A DNA stretch of 62,189 nt, counting the filler, from Choristocarpus tenellus KU-1152 (Eukaryota > Protista > Phaeophyceae): the NCBI GenBank assembly GCA_964200185.2. It is 10 parts of 10 records of this genome, joined end to end, with 100 filler letters (N's around TTAATTAATTAA, not from the genome) between each part and the next. Parts side by side here need not be neighbours in the genome. Positions count along the whole stretch, not along the records: positions 9,108 to 14,118 come from CAXNAD020012172.1; positions 14,219 to 16,988 come from CAXNAD020024899.1; positions 17,089 to 20,082 come from CAXNAD020023064.1; positions 20,183 to 29,576 come from CAXNAD020003716.1; 6 more parts are not named here. One strand, given 5' to 3'. Under the pieces are notes generated by a model, which saw nothing but the letters and a program-made list of their open reading frames with translations, ran no database searches and had not been told where the DNA came from. This document shows, piece by piece, positions 13,136 to 25,700 of the stretch (positions are counted from its first letter, which is position 1; every line of letters starts with the position of its first letter). A program made the position numbers and the translations under genes.

Positions 13136-13923
13136 GTGAGTCTCGCAAGTCGTGTTGAGATTTCGCAAATATCACGATCGACCTCGAACGGTACAGCATG
13201 GTCCGATCTAAGGTAACCAAATCTGCGCTAGTACCTGAGTAGACACTTGACTATTCCTATTGTTCAATTGCTTCCCCAAGGATATACCCGCCCAAATTGC
13301 AGAAGGTGTTAGCATGACAGATCATTCAAGCTTTAACACAAAGATAAGGCTTTTCTCAGTCGGGAAAATTGAGTGGGGAGCGCTTTGTCTTACCTTTGCG
13401 ATGTATCAGCTCCCCAAGAGATCCTTGACTTTCTACGCTAACCTCTGCAGATAATATTTTCTGTACAATCCCTCCCTATCACCATCCGACTTAGCATTTG
13501 GTGGAAGGATGCAATGACTGCCTGCCAAGTATAGTGCCTACGAGGTTGTATGGTGGCTCTTTGAGTTCTTTTTCCCTCTATTCTGCATCAGTCCGCAGCA
13601 GTAATCTTATCGAACTCTCTCATCATTGGACTCGAGGATCCACCAACACATTAGTCAGGATATGATTGAGGTGTTCGAGTTCAAAAGTCACTTTATACAT
13701 GCAAACCCACCCTTAGGAAGACACCATGATATTATGAATAGTGAAGAGAGGCTCTGGTGCACGTGGAGTGCCTCCTAATACTTGTCTGATGTTAAGGGGG
13801 GTTCCAACTACACCCAAACGATGTGTGCTGCCCTAACCCTGTACATGTTGCATTTTTTCATTCTGATATCGAGAAAAATACAACTTGTATGAGTTGATTC
13901 TGCAATGATGGGCAGAGTATATC

Positions 13924-14101
13924 AGCTCAAAGTATCTGAGGGGGTGGTGGTGACTGTCCATTTGGGGGCAATTTTTCATATCGCGATTTTTTGTGTGATT
14001 TGGTTGCATACGTTGGATGGATAATGTAAGTGCACTTTTCCTGATCATGCCCCAACTGGACACCCTGGCGTAGACCCCCCCCCCCCCAGATGCTTTGGGT
14101 C
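13924..14101. mobile_element. MITE family B1 with ATC target duplication
   Basis: ATC[AGCTCAAAGTATCTGAGGGGG...CCCCAGATGCTTTGGGTC]ATC. Confidence 0.88.
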
Positions 14102-14218
14102 ATCTCCAATAACCAAACNNNNNNNNNNNNNNNNNNNNNNNNNNNNNNNNNNNNNNNNNNNNTTAATTAATTAANNNNNNNNNNNNNNNNNNNNNNNNNN
14201 NNNNNNNNNNNNNNNNNN

Positions 14219-14276
14219 CCGAAACGGACGCCCCCTCACCACCCCCCCCCCCCCTCCCCCCCAGATACTTTGGCCC
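14219..14276. mobile_element. MITE family B2 terminus at contig start
   Basis: CCGAAACGGACGCCCC..C(n)AGATACTTTGGCCC is the reverse complement of the 17472 copy start. Confidence 0.75.
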
Positions 14277-14964
14277 TCAACCAGGAACCGCAAATACATG
14301 CTTCACTTTCCTCTATCAGCGGTGATATCTTGATTCGAGCCCAGATGTTTCAGGATGCTGCCCAGTCCCTTGGATGAAGGCTCCACCCTTTACTTTATCT
14401 TCACTCATGCGATCAAGTCCAGAAGGCTACATTTCTTGAGGAGGCTGTCCATAAATGTAGAGTTCCATCTTGCCAAGCTGCGGATTGAACATGCTTGCAC
14501 CTCCTATCCGAGTCCACTTGAACGCTCCCTCTCCCAACCCCCAAGCTGCTCAAGATCTCCCCTTCCTCCTCCCAAGTTTTTACAATGTAGAAAACCTAGT
14601 CTTTCCTCACACCCACTGTTTCGTGGACAGCTCCCATAGCATCACTTTAGGCCATGTACTAGTAGTAGGACATGATCAGTGGTACCAAATACCTATCACT
14701 CTGAAAGTACTTCTCCCCTGACCAATGACACTCTCCAACTTGATTTTTGGCATCAGCTTCCCTCCTTTTGAAAATTATTACAGCGGTATCCACTGTCCAT
14801 CTCTTCCCTGTTGCAGTCGTGCGGGACCTTCAATGATCCTTGGCCAGCCTCCCCCCCTTGTCTTGTGGGATTCCTTACTCTGCAGGCACCTCTGGGGCTG
14901 GCCCTCTTGACCTCTCGCTATTGCTATCACCATTTCGGGACCCCTTGCTTTTGGCATCGATAAC

Positions 14965-15234
14965 AAGCTAGAGTAGTACACGAGAGGTACCCAGCTTTGG
15001 GCGTTTTGCATTTTGAAGTGGTCCCTGTTTTTATCTATTGCAATTCACCCATATTTCTATGGATAAAGTGGTAAGATTGACTCGAGGGTGTTGAATTCTC
15101 TGGGGTTTTTTTAATTTTCTACAGACTTAAGAAAAGTCCTCATATATATGCATTTGTACAATAGTCGAATATTGTGCATTATTGGTCAGCATCCTTGAAA
15201 TGCAATTCTGGGTACCACACGTTTACTTTGGCTC
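14965..15234. mobile_element. MITE family C (~270 bp) with AAC target duplication
   Basis: AAC[AAGCTAGAGTA..ACGAGAGGTACCCAG...GGGTACCACACGTTTACTTTGGCTC]AAC; reverse-complement homologue at 17383-17812. Confidence 0.8.
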
Positions 15235-15884
15235 AACTCGAGGTTGGCTATGGGTCTCGAAATAAGTTCTCACGTATGATTTGTTCGTCCACTCCTCGTG
15301 AAAGCTTGACTACAAAATACAATATTTCCTAGTGTTGTTCCTGCCTGGCCTCTACAACTCGGACGACTTGCACAACTTGCTTCAAGACCCCCTGAGATTT
15401 AATTCGACGCTAACAGCTAATAATGTAATTAGGTAAAAGGTCAAGCAATACACCGATATGAGGCTGACGCTTTAAGCTTTCACCTGATCACTTGATTGGA
15501 AATTAATACTATATATGAAAGGAGATAAGTGCAGTTACAGCAGACCAGTTGACCCGAATTTCGTAAATACTACAATTTTGAAAAGTGTCTAGAAATCAAG
15601 ATAATATTCCTACTTTTCGAGGATCCATAACAATCCCTAAGGTGAAAAGAAACATGAATTATAATGACTGCACCCGATTCAAGTGTGGCTAAGTGAGCCC
15701 AGTGAGTGCTTGAAAAAAAAGGAGAGCATGATGAGCTGAGGTGATGCAATATTACTGCTTGTAGTGCAACGGTTAGGTGGTATGTTGTTGCCGGATGGCC
15801 CACTGATGGCATGATACCGACATACATCAACCTCCTCACCTGCCTCCACAAGACCATACTATTCGACCACTGGCCTCTCACATG

Positions 15885-16085
15885 TACAGGACTGCCCCAG
15901 GGGGGAAAGAGGAGGGGAAGCTCTGCCAGTCAGCAGTAGTCATGATGCTCCAGCAACACCTAGATGAAAGGAACAGCGGGAGGGTGTACTGGGCCAAGAC
16001 TGCTAGGGGAAAAGAGAAGATCTGCCACCTAGCAGCTGTGGTGCTTCATCAGCATCAGAAGGAAAGGGGCACAAGGAGGGGTTAT
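15885..16085. repeat. Degenerate ~105-bp tandem duplication
   Basis: GACTGC..GGGG.AAAGAG..TCTGCCA...AGCAG..GTGCT/ATGCT.CA.CA.CA...GAAAGG occurs twice. Confidence 0.5.
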
Positions 16086-16966
16086 GTGTCTAAGTTACAG
16101 GTGGGCTATATGAGTGGGGATCTGTACCTGCCTGGCTTTGCAGAAGGATGTGGCCTAACTATACACACATGGAACTCTGTGTCCTATGCATAGCCCTGAC
16201 CTTCATGGTGACTAAAGAGATAATTCTGAGAGATGAAGGCATCATAGGCCAGAGACCTGCTAGATAGCATAAAATCAAGTCTCTTTCTGATCCAACCATA
16301 CCATACATGATATTTGGCAAAATAGTTGGATTGCATATTGAAGGGAAAGCGTGTGTGTGTATGATGATCGTTATAAATATCAACACATCCACATCTGGCA
16401 ATATCTACTAATATCTCAGTTTGTACTACACAAGTAGTTCCTAGGAATAGTAAGAATCAGCGTTGAAGATAGTAGAGTGGTACTTTTCGTGTGCGCCGCG
16501 CAGTAATAATCCTGAAGATTCCAGACTTCCGTGCGGTACAATATCTATGTTTCAAACAGTTATTAGTGGATGGAGTCGTACATGACGTTACAATGTTTAC
16601 TGCTATTAGTATGAACGATCTTTTCCACTGTTTTTTTTTTCGGTGTGGTCATACCATGCCTCATGCACATAAAACCCCCCTTTCTCGATATCACTCAATC
16701 AAATACCACTCGAAACACATTTTGAGTGAGTATGCATACATACACATCTATCTCAGATGGTATCCCCGACTATGGCACTACAGAGGCGTTTTTTTCACAG
16801 CGAAATTTGGTTGAATCGGTCACCTGCAATTAGAATCATCTCGTTGCATGTATGCTGTTTACTTCTGACATCGTATTTGGGTGAGAGAGTTGATCACTTT
16901 GAAGATCAATGTCCCACACATATCCCACAGCTACACCTGATGTACGCTTCACTCGATCGTCAAATC

Positions 16967-16988
16967 GACCCAAAGTATCTGGGAGGGG
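16967..16988. mobile_element. MITE family B terminus at contig end (similar termini at 20061-20082 and 20183-20203)
   Basis: GACCCAAAGTATCTGGGAGGGG abuts the linker. Confidence 0.7.
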
Positions 16989-17382
16989 NNNNNNNNNNNN
17001 NNNNNNNNNNNNNNNNNNNNNNNNNNNNNNNNTTAATTAATTAANNNNNNNNNNNNNNNNNNNNNNNNNNNNNNNNNNNNNNNNNNNNTCGTAGTCCCGC
17101 TCCATCCCCAATTTTGAAAATCCTCTGTTATTTGCCTAAGGAGTGAGTATGGCGGATGGGTCATTAAGTCTCGATGACAACAATGCCCTTCAACAGTGTA
17201 CGCCACTTGGCCTACATCAAGGACCTCTCTGAGCCCCTATCAGGACTCCTGCCATATGTATCTATATCATATGTAGCCAAGGTATACCGGGGTAACCATG
17301 ATCTTCTAGGATTAGGGATGGATGAATAGGATGCCCTCAAGGACAACGGCACAGCAAGGAGATCCCCTTGGTCCCTTACTCT

Positions 17383-17812
17383 GAGTCAAAGGTAAATGAG
17401 AGGTACCTAGGGTTACATTTTAAGGATATTGACAAATATGTGCAATTTCGGCTTTTAAAACAAATCTGTGTGGGTCAAAGTATCTTGGGGGCGTCCGTTT
17501 CGGTCAAACAATTCTTTTTCTTGCTGACATTTCAAATCTGACATGTGCGACCAAATCACAAAAAAAAAGTGAAAATCGAAAAAAGGGTGGAAAGCGGACG
17601 CCGGCACCCCCCACCCCCCCCCCAGATACTTTGACCCTGTAGAATACTTTCTGAAATGTGTTGGAATAGTTTAAAACATAAGAGAAATAAATGCTCTCAA
17701 GCCAAAATTATAATTTCATCCATAGAAATATGGGTGAATTTGCAAAATATTACAAAATAGACTTCAAATGCAAATCGGGCAAAACCTGGGTACCTCTCGT
17801 TTACTTTAGCTT
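17383..17812. mobile_element. MITE family C copy containing a nested family B2 MITE
   Basis: GAGTCAAAGGTAAATGAGAGGTACC...GGTACCTCTCGTTTACTTTAGCTT, inserted at the end of the RT QQGDPLGPLL motif. Confidence 0.8.
17472..17637. mobile_element. MITE family B2 with TGT target duplication
   Basis: TGT[GGGTCAAAGTATCT...AGATACTTTGACCC]TGT with a perfect 14-bp TIR. Confidence 0.9.
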
Positions 17813-18068
17813 TGTACTGTATGCCCACAGTCAAAGCTCTCGAGCAGGTACAGTCCACCTTTGGATCTCATAGGATTTCCTCCCAAAGCTTCCTGGATGA
17901 CACATCTCTGTCCACAACGGAGATAAACTCCACTGCTAGATCTGTTCTTTTGAGCAACTGAGGACAGAACTGTCTAAAGTGGGCACAGTACTAAACATGG
18001 ATGAGACCTACGCCGCACCACCCTAGGGCCACCAGCCCACGCCCTCTAAACTGGAACCCCTACCCACT

Positions 18069-18281
18069 GAAGTGCACAGGGGAGATCCCCTGTCTTCGGG
18101 AGTCCCACTGTCCTTGGGGAACACTTTTCAGAATCTTTTTTCGAGAATCTAACTCCAACCCTAATCCTAACCCTAATCCTAACCCTAACGTTTGATTGAA
18201 AAATAATCCTAAAGTGTGACAGTGACTATTCCCCAAGGACAGTGAGGACTCTTGAAGACAGGGGATCTCCCATGTGCACTC
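18069..18281. mobile_element. MITE family E: ~50-bp TIRs, ACT target duplication, internal telomere-like repeats
   Basis: ACT[GAAGTGCACAGGGGAGATCCCCTGTCTTC..CACTGTCCTTGGGGAA...TTCCCCAAGGACAGTG..GAAGACAGGGGATCTCCCATGTGCACTC]ACT; (C/T)CCTAA repeats at ~18150-18189. Confidence 0.88.
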
Positions 18282-21090
18282 ACTACTGCGGGAATCAGCC
18301 TGGCTCGGGACTCAAATAGTTTTGTCGCACTGGAGGCTCCGGTAGGGGTATAGGAATTGATCCAAGTTCCCATGAACCTGGGTGAGGTGAGGGATAAACA
18401 GGTTGACTGACTCCTCAACTCCTGGCTCCTCTCATCCGGTTTGGGTTATTTGATGAGGTTCATTCGCCCCCACATGGCATGCCCCATCATGGAATGAGCT
18501 GACAACACTTCGCTGTGAAATCTGGAGAAGATAACGGAGGTAGCAAACTCAGCAAGTGCCACTGATTTCTTCGATGGTGTCTGTCAAAATGTTTCTCTTC
18601 GTCTTGAAATACACCAACGAGTGCAGGCACAGATGCTCCCAACTTCAGGGGGCCTAGGCGTATCCTCTATGAGACACCACCAGCATGCAGCTTTTGTGAA
18701 TTGCTAGTGGCCACTCTCCCCACCCTCCTAGCCAGGCAACCAGGGCCCCATGGAGAGCTTTTTTCCAGATCATTTGTGTGAGCCCCACAGCCCAGACTCT
18801 GTAATCGTCGATCCACACACTTTTCTAATCAGGAATCCCTTTGGAAGACTTGCTGGGATTATTGGTCAAGGCTACATACCTGAACCTTCCCTAGGGTGGG
18901 AAGACAAGTACGCTAGCACAAGCCTATGGTGAAACACGTAGACCAACTCAGCAGGGAAATTGGCAGCCCTTGCACTGCGGAGGGTGTCAACCCATTACAG
19001 TGGGCAGGAAGAACTTCCATACTTACAGTGGACAGGAACATTCACATGGATATGTGGTGTTACACGCTGGGGCACGTTCAGACGTTGGCTCAGCTCCCTT
19101 CTGGGAGAAAGGCCTCCTTCTGGATATTGCTTTTTCTATAGATCCGAGCAGATCTGTCATTCTCCACACTTATCCGCACCAGCAATGGTGCAGCTGTTGT
19201 TACCACCGAGGCGCAAAAGTGCCCCTACAACAAGATATCTTTGACCCCTCATAGTTTTATCTCAAAACACCCTTGCAGTGGAAAGTTTTGGACGCCTTTG
19301 GGAAGGAAACAGAGAGTTTATTTGATGAGTTAACCACCCACAGAGTAGGGGGGAGAGAGGCTGGATGATATTGTAGGAGACGGACTGTCAAGTCCCGTTT
19401 GAGACGGAGAGTGTCCGTCACTGCATATTCGGCTCTCTCAAGATGGGCCATTCATTTCAAGCTAGAAACTGGGCAAACAAGAGCAAGTTGGGACCTGTCA
19501 GATTCTTGAGAAAGCTCCTCGCCCCACACCTTAGAAGGGCAAAGCTGGGTTAGAAATATAGCAGTGTACACGTTACATTGCAGGTACCAACCTCTCACGG
19601 AGCATTGTTGTGTTATTATTGTTCAAATAGTAAATATTCTTCGAGATACATCTTTGGCATTAACGACAACTGTTAATTTTACACTAGTAGACCTTGTGTT
19701 ATATGTATATTTTCCCTGACACAAGGGCATATTATCAGACGGCCTCATAATATAAAGTTTTGCACGTTGGAGCACATCCTCACAAATCAAAGAATTAGGA
19801 GTTAACTCTTTCATTTTTGCATCCTAATCATTTGTACCCATTCATATTTCTGAGAGTGGTGTTGGACAAATCTTCTGAAAAAGTAATAATATCTCGAGGA
19901 ATCAACACGTTATGATTTCAAACCTTGTGCTCACTAGGGCAAACAAACCATTTTGGAGGGATTCAAATCAATGTAGTGCTTGTTCCAGGATGCCGTTTGT
20001 ACATTTTTCGTAGATAGGAGAGTGGTACGTACATATGTTTGTACATGCTTCATACACAAAGGCGCAAGATATCTGGGGGGGGNNNNNNNNNNNNNNNNNN
20101 NNNNNNNNNNNNNNNNNNNNNNNNNNTTAATTAATTAANNNNNNNNNNNNNNNNNNNNNNNNNNNNNNNNNNNNNNNNNNNNCCCCCCCAGATACTTTGA
20201 CTCATATAGTATTGGAATATTTGTTATACAGCCTGGTTCTGTGTGATGGGAGGTGACGAGAACCAAAGATGAGATTCAGGACGAAGGTGAGAGACGGGCT
20301 TGAGGTATGCTAGGCGTACGTTGACAGCCTCAGAGTACCATGTTGATCGATTTCCCCTGTGATTGGTTGCGACCACTCTTTGCTGGTTTGAATCTTCTGT
20401 TCATGTCGGAGTTACTACAAGACTTGGTTTTGCGTACGACCCAAACACCACATCACCTTGACTGACCTCAATGGCAGAAGGTGGCAAACGCAAAGGAATA
20501 TGACTGCTCGCATTGTCCACATGTGTGTGTTGGTGATCCCAAAAAGAGGACCTGTCCCCTTGACATTACCGCTCCCTAGTGTGCATTCCATCAGACACAA
20601 ACACAAAAGTGGCTTCCCAGCACTTATATGGACAAGCCCTTGTGAGGATAATTCCTTGGTTGTTGAAAAAACTCAGTAAAAATAGGTTGGGCATTAGTGG
20701 TGATCAGCCCTAGGTCACATTGTAGTGCAAGGAAGGAAATCTGTCTTAACAGATGAAAGCGTCACGAGAAAAACGGCCTGGTGGACAAGCCTGTCTCCTA
20801 TGTGCCCCCAGGATCTGAGTAAATGAAGGTTCCTATCACCACAGCTTTGATGCCATCAAATAATCCATTGGAAATGTTGTACTGTCACCTGGTACAACAC
20901 TTGCCAAACATGGTGCGTGGAAAACCAGAAAAAAAGTACTCCTAAATATATTTGTTACATTGTCATGACAAAGGGCCCACTCAGTCGCGGGAGGTTTCGT
21001 GATTTCCCGTTGTCTCAAAGAAGGGTTGCTTCAGCAGGCTCCAAAGACCTCACAGTCATGAGTGAATCTCGGATCCAATGGATGACATCA

Positions 21091-21261
21091 GGCTCAAAGT
21101 ATCTGGGGGAGGTGGCAGCTGTCCATGCCCATTTTCCATGTCGCGATTTTGGATTATTTGGTTGCATGTGTCAGATGGATAATGTAAAAGCACTTCTCCT
21201 GGTCAGGGGCCAAATGGACACCCTGGTGTAGACCCCCTTTCCCCCTCAGATACTTTGAGGT
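21091..21261. mobile_element. MITE family B1 with TCA target duplication
   Basis: TCA[GGCTCAAAGTATCTGGGGGA...CCCCCTCAGATACTTTGAGGT]TCA. Confidence 0.88.
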
Positions 21262-23000
21262 TCACCTTGATGGCAACTCATCAGGCTGGCAACTTAGTAC
21301 TCTAGATGAATTCATTGCACCTTCCGGTTTCAAGAAGGGGACTATCACAAACATTAGGTGGAGTTGCTCATAGGTGGACATCTGATTGGCGGTAATTCAA
21401 GTTGTTCGGCAGTTTTAAGGGCAGGGACCTTATTTTATGTCTAGTCACTTGATTATTGTCTGTTTCATTAAGGATACCCAACATGTTGGTTTCTCTGTAG
21501 GCTGCGACCATCTCTGCACATTCAGGCATTTCGGCGGGTTTGTGCCACACATCACTGGTCAGTTAATGTCCTTAAAGCTGAAGCTGGTACATATAAAACT
21601 GCGAGTGATCTTTCTTTCCATACCTTGCTTGCAGTCGACAATGTCCTCTGCAGTGTATGGCCCAATACTTGGGTGCGTCTTCGACCCCCAATCAAGGTCT
21701 GCCGCAGGCAATACCCATCCTAAGAAAAGTGAATAAAGGGCATCTATGTCAACTTCAGTGGCTCCACATCCTTACTAGGGGTTGAATCGGCCCACATGAA
21801 TTGTCACCTCTTGGTCGTCTTCAAAGCGTTTTACTCTATATTCAACGGATGTTATACGTGCCTTCACTTCATCAAGTCCTGTTTATAGGGACAATGAGGT
21901 GTCCATCACCTAAAGTATGCGGATTGTGAAGCCACGCTGTATCCCCTGGTCTATTGATTGTGAGTTTATGATATACAATTTCAGAATAATTCCTCAGTAC
22001 CATCTCACCAATATTTTCACCAGGCAAGTTTGTGTGCTAGCTGTTTTGTTTTTTTCGTACTGTATTATTGTAAGGTTGTGGGGGTGGCGTCAGGAAAAAA
22101 AAAATGAAATATCAATTGGAAAAAGTGGGTGCCTTCCAAACATTGTTTCTCATCAATGTTAATATAGGCTGTGCTACGTGCTGCTATCTGTATAAAGGGC
22201 AAAAAGGATAACCGAACAGATTGGTCCATATTCGAACACAAGGTCAGCATGCCATACAGCGTGGAATGGATCTTTCATAGATGTTGTTGGTTTGGGGTCC
22301 ATATGCCATAGTCTTGGTTTTGTGATAACCACACAATTTCCGTACCTCTGCCAGCTGTTTATTCACAAACTCCTTACCTTAGTCAGAGTAGAGTATTTCA
22401 GGGGATCCAAAAATGGGAAAAGTGCGGTCCACAAGAGCTCAAGTCACGTTTTTTTTATTTGCATTACGAACCGAGATTACTAATCTTGTGAACTGGTCTA
22501 GAGTGGATAACATATATTTCACGCCATTTGACATAGTCTCGTATTTATCAACGTCAATAGCGAGCATCAAAATGGATGTGTAACAGGCAAGCGTCCTGCA
22601 GATAGTGTGGTAGGAGGAGTATGGGAGGTCTCTTCTGTCTCTGACATGACTGGCAAGTTTCACACCAATTCTTAACATATTTATGCAAGTTCGGTCACCA
22701 CAATATGTCTCTCATGCTATCAAATTTGTGCTTGAAAGGAAGATGACCTGGAGCTTTATGGTCATGTAGGACATGTGAAAGTAAATCCTAGATTTCTGTT
22801 GTGGCTACAAATTGATCACGAAACTCTCCGTTCTTACGTAAATTGATCAGGTTGATAAGATCGGTATAATAAGAATCCGCTTTCTCTTTCTTGTGTGAAA
22901 AAATATGAGATGGTGTAGGCTGTTTCCTTGTCAAGTGGGATTGAATCCTCAGGATGTACCAAATTCTTGAATATTGTTCAAACTGATCATTTTGAGCTCT

Positions 23001-23540
23001 TTGGTTAAGAACTTCTGTACTCACTACTGGAAGAACATATATGGAACAAAGAGTTCAGAGTCATTTGCTAACTTAGTGATTCCACCTAAGTGGTCCACAG
23101 ACAATTGGTGTATTTACAAGGGGGCAATGCCACCCAGAAAAGAAAATTAACATATGAAAAGCAACTGATGGATCTGGTGTGAAGATCAAAAGAAAAACAA
23201 AGAAAAAGATTTTAATCAATATCTGAGACAACTCATATGGTACATACTAAGTATATTTGACAGATATCGACCGTTCCATACTTCCTATCCACCATGATGA
23301 TCCAACCAGTAATTGGTGATGCTATGATGAGGTGGTGATAAAGTAAATGTGACTAATGACTAGTAATGTGCCAATCAACACTCAGTACGAACTGGTAATA
23401 CTGCATCATATCAAATACAACAGACCATTTTGATATTTGGTTAGAACTTTTGTACTCACTACTGGAAGAATATTGATAGAACAAACAAAGAGTTCAGAGT
23501 CATTTGCTACCTTAGTGATTCCACCAAAGCGGTCCACAGA
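23001..23540. repeat. ~100-bp direct repeat (23001-23100 and 23437-23540)
   Basis: GTACTCACTACTGGAAGAA..CAAAGAGTTCAGAGTCATTTGCTA.CTTAGTGATTCCACC..GGTCCACAGA occurs twice. Confidence 0.85.
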
Positions 23541-24793
23541 TAATTCATAGGCAGGATACACCTCGGTTTGCTTCAGAAATTGCGTTTGTGCCTTTCCTAC
23601 ATTACGACATACTAGTATAAGGGATCAAGGTTGCTGGTTCATAATAATCTTTTCATAACTCTTCCTGTTGAAGACATGACAACATACCTGGGATGTAATA
23701 TATTCTGCCAGGCTTCTGAACGATGGTAAAATCAAAACTTTGCAGACCTACGGCCCATCTAGCTGAGAGACTGTGCAAGTAGTGCATAGTGTGCAACCAC
23801 TATAAGGCGGATTTTGTCCCTAATAACTGCGAAGTGTTTTCCCCATATATATATATATGTATGTACAAGGGTGCATTTGGCCTGTTGTCCGGGTTCAGGA
23901 TCTCCAAGTTTTGGGATATTGGATAATCCTCTACCTCTCAATCTACGCTTCCCTGATGGATGGTGCTTTATTTCTCCAAGTCTTCTCGTCTTTCTGACCA
24001 GGGTCAACTACGTTTGAGTTGGTTGTGCTTCTTTTTTGTCCGCCATCTTGATGTGACCCCTCAACAAAGATCATCACGAGTACCACTGTTACACGGCCTG
24101 GTTCTGTGTGATGGTGGGAGATAAGAACCACCGGAGCTGAGGTTTAGGGATGGAAGTGAGAGGTAGGACTGAGGCATGCTGGGCGTACGTTGACATTCTC
24201 AGAGTGTAATGTTGATCAATCTTCATTATGATTGGTGCTGAAGTATTTAGCTTTATGACTATCTTGTGTATCCTGGTACAACTATATAACACGCGATGCG
24301 ACAGTTTCATGTATGTTTATGTAATTGTTTGATACAAGACACAGAAGTACCGTACACATGGTGGTATGATGAGTCAGATGGTTGACTGTGTCAGGTGGTG
24401 TTATGACATAAGCTATCACCACATAACCTAGTTGATGTTCAGTGTGTGTTTACCCGTGATACCTGGCAGCAGTTCTTGGTGACAATCCATTATACGCAAA
24501 AAAAAATCCAACGCTTAAATGCCACAAAGATCTCTGGGTAGGGGAAGACGCAGCTAGGACTGGAGCGTCTGGGCATATAGATTGCACTTATGGTATCAGA
24601 CGGATATCAAACAAAACTCCTCCAATTGTTGGGGACAATTGTGCTGGCTGGACAGCCACCACACATGCCTTCTTGGGCGCAAAAGGCAGTATTGATCAGG
24701 CATTGGAGGATAGGTCCTCTTTGTGTGTGACGTTAACTTCATCAAGGAATAAAAGGTGAGTGACGAAAGAAGTTGTACCAAAATAGGACAATC

Positions 24794-25700
24794 GGGTCAA
24801 AGTATCTGGGGGGGGATGCTGGCGTCCGTTTTTCACCCTTTTTCGATTTTCAGTTTTTAGTGTGATTTGGTCGGACGTGTCGGATTGGAAATGTGGGCAA
24901 AAAATAGTAGACTGTTGGTTAGGTTCCCTTCTGTCCTTGCGTACGCAAGAGGAACGGGAATACATGCCACCATTTATTTGGGCTTGGTTAGGAGTTTCGA
25001 CGTTTGCATGTGTCGGATTTCGAATGTGTTCAAACAGGCTTATGTCGACGTGTATGTTGGTTGTACAGTTAGGATGAAGAATGAGATATATGCCATTTGT
25101 TGTTTCAGGGCTAGTTATTGGTTTGTTTGGTTGCATGAGTGGGATTTGGTCAACACCTAAAGAGAAGGGCTGTCGGTTAGGGTGTGTTTTCCCAGTGTTA
25201 GCACGAGGAACTGAAAAAAGCCCATGGACTGTTTCGAGGTTAGTTTTTTCGTTTATTAGCTTGCATGAATCGTGTCGGGTATGCACACAAAGAGGACTGT
25301 CAGTTAGGACCTGTTGTCCCAGTGTGTGCACGAGGAATTAAAAAATAATCCATGTACCATTTTAAATTTAGTATTTTGTTTACTTGCTTGCATGTGTTGG
25401 ATTTAGCATGTACACAAACGGGGTTGTCGCTCAGGGTGTTAGGGTTAAAGTTGTTGGCATGAAGGAAGGGAAAAGGTTCAGGTTTTACTTTCGGGTTAGT
25501 AAAGTGTTTCTTTGATGTAATGTGTCGACGGATTCTGAATGTGTTCACAAAGGCTTATTGGTCAAGGTCTATTGTGGTACGTTTCGCTGGAAGTATCTCA
25601 AGATATACAACCCTTAGTTCTGGGTTAGGGTTAGTGGGTTGAATAAATCCTGATGATGTAGGGTTGGTTTGGTGTAAGTAGGGTCGATGACGGCACTGGT
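24794..25700. mobile_element. Left end of a long family-B2-related element with degenerate ~128-bp subterminal tandem repeats
   Basis: Starts GGGTCAAAGTATCTGGGGGGG and matches the 17472 MITE for ~110 bp, then has repeated units containing TGCATG..GG..CA..AAA..G.CTGTC.GTTAGG..CCCAGTGT..GCACGAGGAA. Confidence 0.65.

Larger units (their letters stand above)
17089..19625 (+). mobile_element. Decayed non-LTR retrotransposon, CRE/R2-like (RT plus restriction-like endonuclease), interrupted by MITEs
   Basis: Motifs in order: QQGDPLGPLL (~17352-17381), FLDD (17890-17901), QMLPTSGGLGVSS (~18630-18668), HMD..GLLLDI..DP (~19045-19146), LAVESFGRL (~19272-19300), then a TGT/TTA-rich tail at ~19604-19623. 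Confidence 0.85.
20222..24291 (-). mobile_element. Old, deleted Ty3/Gypsy LTR retrotransposon (LTR-like copies at 20222-~20419 and 24087-24291; integrase remnant at ~22150-22750)
   Basis: Two diverged direct repeats start TGTTA.AC.GCCTGGTTCTGTGTGATGG; the right copy ends TAACA and a PBS-like TGGTACTCGTGATG follows it on the minus strand. The integrase motifs are NGVKYMLSTLDQFTR..ALVDRTFPIFGSPEILYSD*GKEF..KTKTMAYGPQTN..ER. No TSD was found. Confidence 0.65.

Noticed and set aside
14290-14960. Possible transposase HTH remnant on the minus strand
   Set aside because: Too degenerate; no catalytic motif recognisable
24900-25700. Spaced repeats resembling a CRISPR array (also 31400-31568 and 48530-49630)
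   Set aside because: Units are degenerate along their whole length, with no identical repeat/unique spacer pattern and no cas genes; the context is eukaryotic transposon DNA
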